Origin: Eledone cirrhosa
Lineage: Eukaryota
Length of the DNA: 64,000 bases
Assembly: GCA_964016885.1 (NCBI GenBank)
Contig: OZ024742.1
Coordinates: 89,838,001-89,902,000 of the forward strand
Direction of reading: 5' to 3'
Below the pieces are notes generated by a model. That model did no database searches. It was given only the letters and a program-made list of their open reading frames with translations, and was not told where the DNA came from. Numbering within the stretch: position 1 is the stretch's first letter; each line of letters begins with the position of its first letter. The position numbers were made by a program, and so were the translations under genes. Of the stretch, positions 53,395-64,000 are shown piece by piece.

Positions 53395-55572
53395 TAGAGT
53401 GTGCCATAAAAAGCAAGGTCACAATACTAACGCTCCCTGTGTATTTTCCCTTTATAAATGCCCCAATTGGTAAAAAAAAACATATTTTGTATAAAATAAA
53501 TTATTTTGAGTCTTGTCTATATCATGGTGATTATAGTAGAAAATGTGATTATGTTATATGAAATCATGAAAATGTGAAACCAAATATGACCATACAATAA
53601 TTGTTTATTTTATTAATCCATTTTATTAATAAATCAGCTTTGAATATAAACGCGTACAAGGAAGAAACAAGTTTAGTTAAGTTAACTCCAGTCATATTTT
53701 TTTCAGAGTTTCTTTTTTGAAATCAGGGACGACTAGCTTCGACTACTTGAAGAACACACTGATTCTCCTCCTCATTCTTGGTGATGGCAACAAAATCAGT
53801 CATCAACTTGACTTCTCTCTTCGTCGTTGACTACTTTGATATGGTGAACAACAGCACAGGCATTTTGATATGACGCTTGTGATGACCAAGTTGCAGGTGA
53901 CAACTCAAACCAAGCATCGTCGAGACCAAGGAGATCGAACAGAAGCCTTGATTTCTTCCCAACTAAATGAGGCAGCTTCGTGGACGACTTCAACTCGGGA
54001 AATACTGGAGCATCACGATCGAGAGGCCCAGACGTTTTCGTTTTGACAAGACGTTGGGCTATTTGTTTCCACTCGGACTCTTGGACCCGACTTCAAAACA
54101 GCGCTAGCGGAATGGCTTCCACCCTCAGGTACCAAAGATGCCTGCTCAGAGCAGTAGTGGCTGCCTGCGAGAGATCTTTGTCAACCTTACTGTACCGTGT
54201 CAACTCCACGTAAAATTGGAGGTCATTGGATGGTGTATCAGCACACTTGACTGCTGTCAGCCGGTATCGCACGTAGAACAGAGCATTGAAAATACAGATC
54301 CGGCGCAACTTTTACATTTTAGCTTGATCGTAATTGAGTCGCTCGCCAAATGCATACATCTTTGCACTATAGATGATTGTGGACATCCACCAAGCGTTAT
54401 GATGTGCACCAGGCCGCATCCAATGAATTCCACGAGGAGGGGTGACACCAAGCAAGATCTACATCCACTCGGCACATCCTCGGTAGTCGTCAGATGTCAG
54501 CAAATCTTGGAGGAACTTGATGTTCTCAGAACACAGACGCTTGAGTCTCCGGTCGACAATGTTCAATGTTTTAAAGTTGGTCTTGTCCGTGAGTAACACC
54601 CAATCTTTTTGAACTCCTTGAACTCTAGGGTGTCTGGACTGGACATTGCTCCGAATAGTTGTTGCCACACTGCACACAAGATACGTTCCATGAATGGTGC
54701 CGACAAGCAAAATAAAACACCTTTTTGTTGAGCATCTCTTCTAGTTTCACGCAGGCACCATTTTTCCATCCAGAATTCGAGGCAATTGTGTCGAAGACCA
54801 AGCCCACCACAGACCCATCAACATTCCAATCTTTAACAAGATCAAATGATGCTTTGGCTTGGGTGGTTCCAGTGCCATCAGGAATTATGGGAACACCGAG
54901 GAGTTTACCTTCTCTGAAGTCCGGAGTTCCAGCAACTAGCACACCTAGCCTCTCGTGGTCACCAGGAATTATTTTGCCATCCCAATGCAAGGTAACAAAG
55001 TCTGGTACAGCAAATTGTTCCTTTATGTGTTCAGCCCCCACAGTTTGATCTTCTTAGCTGCACGTCTGCTACTATTCTTGGGGAGAGTTGTGGCGTCTAT
55101 GTCAGTCCCATCCTCAGAAATAATCGATGCCATAAATGCTGTTTTCTGGCCCAGTGTCAGCTTTAAACGATCTGCCATTAAAGACATTTTTGGACTTTGA
55201 AATGGATTCTTTGGGAGTTCCTCGTTTCTTGTCTGACTTTGAGCTGTCTCTGGGTGGGTTTGAGGCCTGAAATTCAGGATCCTGTTCATCTTCAGTTTCA
55301 TCATTGGTTGAACTTGAATCTCTCAGTTCATTACGTGGAAGTTGTGCTGCTACAGGACCTGACAAACGCTTTCTATGGTTCTCTGACTCTCGACGAGCCA
55401 CAGAAACCTGATTACGCTTAAACTTTGAAGATACCTTTTTCTGGTAACCCTTGTCTTCAGCTCCCAGAAATACTTTTTTCTGGCAACGCAGGGCTTCGAG
55501 AAATGTAGCATCTTCCATTGAATAGCTACAACTAGGCCTACTGGTTTCCGCCATTATTCTGCCAATTTGCAA
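53395..55572 (-). mobile_element. hAT-superfamily (hATm-like) transposase pseudogene
   Basis: LHWDGK, KLLGVP, FDTIASNSG..GAC..LE, ACRHH (CxxH), PGAHH, RHLWYL, VVND..ER; TAGAGTG terminus at 53395; partner TIR not found. Confidence 0.75.
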
Positions 55573-56779
55573 CTATTAGGCAAGGCTTAAATTAGTCTGA
55601 AATAATCAAAATTACATTATAAATTGATAATATACAAAATGGCATAAGAAAATGCATAGGGAGCTAAGAAAAAGACACTTTTGTGTAAAATTATCGACAG
55701 CAAATGCCTACAGCAATGGTATGTCCCACTGCGGGCTCTGTAATTTAGAACTGCTGCATATTTTAAGAGACGATAGGATGCTGCTTAACATCAAAATAGA
55801 AAAATCCATTTTCTGTAGGCATAAAATAGCTACTAGATTTACGAACTTCAAACCACCATGATTTGAACCAGCAATCCCAAAATTAGTACTGAACCACTAG
55901 ATTTTAATATATTGAATACACACTATCGCACCACTATTAGCTATCAAACAGCCAACTGATCACTGGAACATAAATCTCTGTACACTTCTTCCACCCTCTC
56001 TCCATCAACCTCATTAAGATAGAACAACCAGCAAAACATCTACAATAAACGTTTATCAAACGCCCTGTCAGCCCATAAGTATCATACATTAATTAATCTA
56101 TAATTTATTATCTTTCCTTTATCGGACCCTCCACACAAATTTTTCTACATCTCAAATCTGGTTTCTCATGTTAGCACCAAAAAACACTTCCTCAAAAACT
56201 ACTAAAATCTAATTCTACGTACACTCACTCGTTCTTATTTCTTTTATTTCTTTTATTTCTTTGTATCCTCCATTTCCTCATGTTCTTCTTCTTATTATTA
56301 CTTTTTAATGTACTCTATCTTATATTTTACTTTTTTACATCTGTAACATCCCTATCTATTTACCATACATATTTTACTATTGATGTTATTGTTTTATTTA
56401 AAATGTTATTATTGATGTTATTGTTTCGGCGTTACGCTACTTTTCTATATAAGACTTGCCTCGAGTGAACTATTTTCATATCTACGTGCTTTTATGTATT
56501 AGAGTCGATTGACGCAACCTCAAGCGATTAGCGAACTCTAGACACACCTGATCAACGAAACAATTGTCAGTACTTTAAATAAAGCCCTTATTGTACAGCC
56601 AACTATGTTACTCTTCTTTCTTTAACTATTATTACTCCAAGTATAACCTGCATAGAAATTACCGCGAACTCGCTGCATAGCTATGAAAACATCTTGTTGA
56701 GTCAAACAAAGCCGTACGTTAAAACGATCCACGACGCGGAATACTCTAACTGGATTACCTATAACGACAACTTGTTATC

Positions 56780-56814
<35 letters not shown>

Positions 56815-57382
56815 TTTAAATTTGGTGGTTTACCACTGGATAGAATTGGTCATTCTGCAATTTCAATCATGACGTAATATGGAAAAATCACTCGAAGTTT
56901 GCAACACATCCATCTTCAATGTTGAATCTTGCTGGTGATGCGGGAACGGAGTAAATGTATTATAAAGTGAAATGACAAGAGGCCAAATATGTTGAATTTC
57001 CCTAATTTCTTATTACTGTAAACAGTCGTTAAAGCAGCTCCCTCCCCCATCCCACGTAAACTTGAGTGAATGAATCTATCGCAATGTTGCTACAACATGC
57101 ATTCGCTACTCCTCCTCTAGCAATAAAGCACCAGCGCAACATAATTTAGCATTCCTCTCAAATACTATACTTCCACAGCAAGCAAGACTCGTGAATCCTT
57201 TTTTCGATAAAATCTGGGATTCACAGCAAATTTGAGTCACCTTGTTATAAACCTGGGTGTGTACGACAATAACCTAAAATAAAAAAAAAAATAACGAATG
57301 TTAATATTGGTTAAATTTAGCAACGATATTAGTAAAATTGACATACATTCACACTTGATGTATATTTATATGTGTATATATA

Positions 57383-60300
57383 TCTATATATATATAAATC
57401 TGAGGATGTGTGTGAAAAGGTTTGTAACGGATTCACGTCCACAACTTCCGACGGATTCTATTCAAAGTCAGGACAATTATTGCTTTTGGTCAGGAAAAGG
57501 TCATGAAGCAAAAGGAAATTCAAATCCATCAACAATAAGGGCAAAAATCGATCATGATCATTCCCCCTCGCTATAATTTAACTGTTTTACTCTCTCTGTC
57601 GCTCTTCACTCCCTAAATGACAACACTGCAGAGAGAGAAACAATATGTATGATCAAATGGAGCGTTTCGTATATTCCCTCTCTCTATAATTTAACTGCTT
57701 TACTCTCTCTGTCGCTCTTTACTCCCTATATGACAACACTGCGGTGGAGCATTCCGTATTGAGCGTTCCGTATTGACATACGGCTTATATGGTGCATTAT
57801 ATAAATCGAAATGTAACCCATGAACTTTTTCCTGGGCAAAATTATTCGAACAGACATGACCTCATTGCCAGAGTGTTCAGACTGAAACTGGCTAAACTCA
57901 TTGCTTTTATCAAAAAGGGTCAGGTACTTGGGGCTGTAAAATGTGACATGTTCACCGTCGAATGGCAAAAACGAGGGCTTCCGCATGCTTACATTTTGAT
58001 TTGGTTAGCTGATAAAATCAAAACAAATACCATAGACAGCTGAAATCCCTAACCCAGCAACTGACCAGGAATTACATAATATCAGCAAAGCTAACATGGT
58101 CCGTGTGCCTCGGGTCCTACTGAGCATCACACGTGTCTGAAAGAGGGGTCGTGCAGTAAAGGATACCCCAAAAAATGTGTTGACCAGACTCAAACTGGTG
58201 GCGACGGGTACCCCCTGTACAGGCCCGAGACGGCCCGTGAACGGTGGCTTCACCACAACAGTAAAGGCAGGTCAAGTCGACAATAGATAGGTGGTCCCTT
58301 ACTGCCCGCTTCTCTTGAAGATGTTCAATGCCCACATCAACGTTGAGACTTGCAACTCCGTCAAGTCGATAAAATACATATGCAAATATGTAAATAAGGG
58401 CTCTGATGCCGCAATGTTCGCATTTCAAGCTGAAAATAGCAGGGATGAGATTACAGAATACCTGGCGGGGCGGTACATCAGTAGCAATGAAGCTTTTTGG
58501 CGCCTATTTGGTTTACCCCTACACCAATGTCACCCCGCCATCGTACAGCTTGCGGTACATTTGGAAAATGGGCAAAGGGTTTACTTTACGGACCAAACCG
58601 CCGCCAAGTTGGCCGCCGACCGAAAGAGACCATTCTGATGGGTTTCTTCAAACTTTGCCAGTTCGATGCATTTGCGCAAACAATTGTGTACCCCCAGGTT
58701 CTCTCCTACTTTATATGGCCGAAAAACACTTGAGTGCGAAGAAAGTCAGGTCAGGCTGTTGAAAGACATCCTGGTGTAAAATTTGACATCTGTCTTGGAA
58801 GGGTTTACACTGTGTCCCCAAGTCAGCATGAGTGCTTTCATCTCCGCCTTCTTGTGCATGAAATTGTAGGCCCACAAAGTTTTCAGGACCTCAAAACTGT
58901 TGATGAAGAAATATGTGATACGTACCGGGAAGCCTGCTTTAAACGTGGTCTCTTGGAAGGTGATTCGCAATGGGATTCCACTTTAGCATAGGGTGCTTTG
59001 TTGAAATCAACTAAAAGTCTACGAGAACTCTTTGCCATTTTGCTTCAAAAGTGTGAATTGGGTGATCCTATATCTTTCTGGGTCAAGTACAGAGACTTGA
59101 TGTCTGAGGACTTCCTGCGCCTGGCTCATCTGCAGTATCCTTCAGTGGAAGTTGGTTGCAGCGACATTATCTACAACAGGGCACTCATTGATATCGAGGA
59201 CGCCCTCCTCGACATTGTAGGGAACGAATTGGCGACGTATGGTTTGCTGTCAACCATCAGAGAGGACGCTAACACGTTGGCCCCGGATTTGTTGCGAGAA
59301 ACAGCATATGACATCGATTCTCTTTCCCAATACTTAGAGGAAAATGAGCCTAAACTTGTGACGGACCAAAGGTTGGCTTATTTAACTATCATTGACGCGG
59401 TTCAAAATGAGACTGGGGGTATTTACTATCTCGATGCTCCTGGGGGTAATGGAAAAATCTTGGGAACAAAATTGATTCTCGCTAAGATTCGTCAGGAGAA
59501 AAAAATTGCGTTGGCCGTTGCATCGTCCTGGATCGCTTCTACTTTGCTGCCGGGAGGCAGGACAGCACACTCAACCTTAAACTCCCCTTGGATTTAGTAA
59601 AAACTGAGACACCAACATACAATATCAGCAAGAGTTCACACGAAGCTCTGGTTCTCAAAAAATGTTACCTCATTGTTTGGGATGAGTGCACAATGGCACA
59701 CAAGGGTTCGCTTGAGGCATTGGACAGGACTCTGAAAGACATTAGGGATTCTACGGCTCCTATGGGTGGCGTAACCCTTCTGCTATCAGTGGATTTTCGG
59801 CAAACGCTGCCTGTCATCCCCAAAGGGACAAGAACTGATGAAGTGCGTGACTGCCTTAAGTTGTCCATGTTTGGCCCCAGGTGAAGAGTTTGTAGCTGAG
59901 CACAAATGTGAGTGCTCATTTGCATGGGGACAACATGTCTGCAGCATTTTCTAACATTTTAACATTTGGTGTGGGCAATGTCCCTGCGGATGACAAGGGC
60001 GGCATAGCAATCGACTCTCTGTGCAACATTGTGAGCATCCCTTCTGACCTTTGGGAAGCAGTTTTTCCTAATGTCTTTAATAACTTTAAAAAATTCGATT
60101 GGCTCAGCGAAAGAGCCATCCTTGCTCCGAAAAATCCCATGGTTAATTTTATTAACGAGCAGCTGATTAAGAAGATTCCCGGTAAAGAGCACATCTTCAA
60201 ATCTATCGACCTGACGTCAGACCCCGACGATATCGTTAATTATCCGGTTGAGTTATTAAATTCCCTTGAACCCCCAGAGCTCCCACCTCACATTCTTAAG

Positions 60301-61025
60301 CTTAGGGTTGGTTGTCCCATTATGCTAATAAAGAACATGCGTCCACCAAAGCAGTGCAACGGTACTCGCATGGTCGTCAAGTCACTGACGCCCCAATTGG
60401 TTGAGGCCACCATCGTAACGGGGTGCGAGAGAGGGCAGAATGTTCTCATTCCAATGATGAACCTTTTCCCCTCGGCGTCAGATATCGCGTTCTATTTCCG
60501 GCGAATCCAATTCCCGGTGAGACCATGTTTTGCCAAGACACAAGGGCAAACATTGTCGGTGGCGGGCATCCATTTGGGAGTACCATGCTTCGCCCATGGC
60601 CAAATTTATGTTGCCTGTTCCCGCGTAGGGAGCAGGAATGGACATTTTGCTTACACTCCTCAAGGTATGACACCCAATATCGTCTACAAATAGGTGCTAT
60701 AGATGTTGATGCAGGTGTTGGAGGTGTTGGAGCAATGCCGTCTAGAAAACTATTTCCTGGTAGGGTCACGCTTGGCGGACAGATCTGACACCCAGCGGTA
60801 TCAGGGCCACCATCTTGCAACTTTGGTCTGCTAAATTCGGTATTGGAAGATTATTAACCCATCATTGATTGTCCAAAATGCTAATTGGTTCGTAACTTTT
60901 AATAACCGGTTCAACTGCTTTATGTACTTAATTTATAAGCTTATTTGCTTTCAAGCCACGTTTACCTGTATGTAACTTTTCATAGAAAATGAACAAACCT
61001 GAACAACGCCGGGCTAAACTGCTAC
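57383..61025 (+). mobile_element. Decayed, internally deleted Helitron (Rep HUH nuclease plus Pif1-like helicase)
   Basis: 5' TC; VEWQKRGLPHAYILIWL, HINVE..SIKYICKYVNKGSD, DAPGGNGK, WDECTM, KTQGQTL, HGQIYVACSRV; 3' cctgaacaacgccggg..CTAC; many stops and frameshifts. Confidence 0.95.
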
Positions 61026-61504
61026 TATATATATATATGTGTGTGTGTGTGTAGCTAGAACGAGAGAGATATTTAATCAACTTAAACATCCGTATGTTGT
61101 AGCGCCGACAACGGTGTTGGGGAGAACAAAGTTCCTGCTTTTCGAGCCAGTTCATCTCATTAACAATCATATCACACCGTCTATTGATTTGTAATTGGCA
61201 TCTGGGTTGCTCCATTATTCCTAATAATTTGTTTCGGGCATCAGTATTTAAAGTAAGGCTGGGCAAAGGTAGAAAAAAGGAGAAACTTACTATAATAACG
61301 GGTGGAGGGCGGGACTGTGTCTTGTTTATATTTTTTTTATCCGGTTAGTAAAATAAGTTGGATTACTTTGAATAAATAATGAATGAATATTATATAATTT
61401 ATGTACTAAATTTCGTAACTCTTCATTAAACAGAGATCATTTTATTGCTTATTCCATTTTGCTGTAGCGTTAGGTTCGTTAGTCAGTATGTGTATGTATA
61501 ATAA

Positions 61505-61684
61505 TTGTTTCTACTTTAGGCACCATGCCAGCAATTACCCAATACATTACTAGTACTTTATTTTATCGACCCCGTAAGGATGAAAAGCAAAGTCAACCTC
61601 GGCGGGGTTTGAACTCAGATCGTAAAGGGACGTAACTATGCTGGAAAACATGGCGTCCGACCCTCTACCGATACTGCCAATCCG
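61505..61684 (-). mobile_element. tRNA-derived SINE
   Basis: Second copy of 16233-16417. Confidence 0.8.
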
Positions 61685-61881
61685 TATAATAATGACAATT
61701 ATTGTGTACAGCGCTCATGTGCATTATAACTGTTGTTCTTCTTCTTTGATTTTTATAAAATTAGTATCACGTATCAACTACAATTACAACCACCACCACC
61801 ATCACCACCGCTTCAACTACCATATATATAGACAGAGCGGGAAAGAAAAAGAGAGACAGATAGATAGAGTGACAATGTGAC

Positions 61882-61938
<57 letters not shown>

Positions 61939-61982
61939 AATGACAGGAGGCTGGGCTGGTGTAATTCCTTAAAAGGTTTATT

Positions 61983-62040
61983 ATACTATGATCATTTCAA
62001 TGACCGGTTTCAGTACGAATCCGGTGATATCATCAGGTAA
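61983..62040 (-). ncRNA. Hammerhead ribozyme motif
   Basis: Minus strand: tac-CTGATGA-tatcaccgg..ccggtcatt-GAAA-tgatca-TA-gta. Confidence 0.75.
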
Positions 62041-63635
62041 TCGAAATATAACAAAGGAATATAATAGACAAAATCCATGGGGCTGAAAATATTTTCAGGG
62101 CTTTTGGGATTCACTTTGGATATTCAGACTCGAACATACACTAGGTATCACCTGATACCATTCCTACTCTTCCATCCTGTATATCTATATGTATAACATT
62201 GCATTCTCCAACCGTGCTATATATTGCCCATTTACTGCACCTTGATCTGTATTTTATTTCTTCTGTATTGTGATTTCTTCTATGTTCTTATATACTTCCT
62301 TTTTACTCCCTACATCACCACCCTAGGTATGACTGTATTTTGTATTTTACTTATGGTATTACTTATGCATTTATTTACTCCCTTTACTCTCATTATATAC
62401 GTATCCTTGTACTCATTAGCACACGACCCTATAATATTGCTCTCTGTACCCTTATATCTGTCTATCTTTATTTACTCCCCCTACCCACCCAGGTATCATA
62501 CTACATATAACCGGACTAACTATAGTCTATTTGCACATTTCATCAGATTTTATCACTTTCAACTTCACATCACGGGTGTGAATAACTAATAATCGTTTGG
62601 TACACGCGATGATCCGACTGATGTGGCGGCTTTTCCGACAGCACACCAGTCGCTTGGGTCGATCAGCCTTCCTTGAGTGCTTGGAAAAATAAATTTCCCC
62701 TTCTTTCGGTAAACGAAAATACTCGGAACGGCTGCTTCGCCCTGGGGCCCTGTCGGACTTGGAACCCGCCTCGACACCGGTTATTGACTGCCAAACAGTA
62801 CCTTTAAATTCTAGGCTTAATCATAACTTTTAATTTTATCTGGCCTCCTTCTACTAGCACTTAACTAAATCCCCCACCAGTGTGAATCACTAGTAGTCGT
62901 TTGTTATATACGATGTCCGGCGGACGGTGGCGGACTTCCCGCTGGCACACCCGACGCTTAAGACAGTTAACATTCCTGGGGTGCGCGGAAAAATAAATGT
63001 CCATTTCTTTCGCTATACAATAATACTCGGAACGGCTAACACGCCGTTGGGCCCCGGGCTGGTCGGGGGTACGCTACGTCGCTAAGCATGGGTTTAATCT
63101 TTACTCTGTATTTTACCCTGAAACTTTATCGTGACTATCTATAATACACTTAAACTTTTTCATAACAGCCTCCTTCTGTAAATTCTTTAACTAAATCTCA
63201 CAACTTCAAACTTAAACCTTATTTTTCTAATTTCATCTTAAATGTCATCTTCTAACTCTAAACATAAATTTAACGTTTCTAATTGTTAATCGAAATTTCT
63301 GTCCATACATTATACCATGCAGACGCCCACTATATATTACTAAATATAGTATTGTTAAGATATATGTTCTTTGATAAAATATTTTTCGCGGCACTTCTAG
63401 CACGCATGACCAGCTTGATTGTGACCTGACTTCAACGCTGGCCTCTGTCTTTGAAGGGATAGTAGTATTACACTATAAACCTACGCCCCTTCACAAAATA
63501 GTCATATGTAGGCTTAATAATGACCACATGAGGGCGGCCGACTGGGGTAGAAGGTGATAAATGTTCGGTCGCCTTCATGTCCCTGATTTTCAGCCTCATG
63601 GATTTTGTCTATTATATTCCTCTGTTATATTTCGA

Positions 63636-63693
63636 TTAGCTGATGATGTCACCGGATTTATTCTGAACCCGGTCATTGAAATGATAATAGTAT
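63636..63693 (+). ncRNA. Hammerhead ribozyme motif (weakened stem I)
   Basis: CTGATGA-tgtcaccgg..ccggtcatt-GAAA-tgataa-TA-gtat. Confidence 0.6.
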
Positions 63694-63880
63694 AATAAAC
63701 CTTTTAATGAATTACACAAGTCCAGCCTCTGTAATTTTATAATAATTAACTCCGTACTCGCAACACCAACTACACAAACGAAGACGGGTGAGTTACATTA
63801 CGTTGAGTGCTCTCCATAATATTACATCGAGGTTGACGATACGGAATGACCAGTTCTATCCAGTGGTGAACCAACAAACC

Positions 63881-63926
<46 letters not shown>

Positions 63927-64000
63927 GGAGGTGAGTTTTATTGTAGTACAATAAAGCAATGCAGATATCGGATAAGAAGCACTCTACAGTTTGTAGGACT

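Larger units (their letters stand above)
61931..63885 (+). mobile_element. Diverged subfamily of the retrozyme-like element: short inverted terminal arm (61931-62088) plus body with two GC modules and a 3' HHR repeat; (TA)n on both sides
   Basis: Terminal repeat homologous to 44560-44853; GC modules at about 62600-62810 and 62900-63080. Confidence 0.85.

Noticed and set aside
56480-56580. GAAAC-aatt-GTC-agtac hammerhead 3' half
   Set aside because: No matching CUGANGA or UUGANAA 5' core was found.

Overview
Repeat-dense, AT-rich animal genomic DNA. The tRNA-derived SINE and RTE sequences resemble ones I associate with octopus/cephalopod genomes; that is an inference. Only one host gene piece is supported: the terminal exon (5529-6238, +) of a galaxin-like double-cysteine-repeat protein with a Pro/His-rich tail. 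The rest is mostly transposon relics: CRE-like and R4/Dong-like RLE retrotransposons, a near full-length RTE LINE with short internally deleted derivatives, a CR1-like fragment, several Penelope-like elements (PLEs), a decayed Helitron with a non-autonomous partner, and a hATm-like transposase. The structure the ORF track misses is an RNA-level system. About 18 hammerhead-ribozyme (HHR) motifs are visible, including a UUGAAAA (U3-A8) core variant with a covarying stem II. Many sit in non-coding, retrozyme-like elements that lie in (TA)n microsatellites as head-to-head palindromes up to 5.1 kb. One such family also carries a tandem, GC-rich, apparently structured RNA module. All calls are by eye, element boundaries are approximate, and ribozyme activity is untested.
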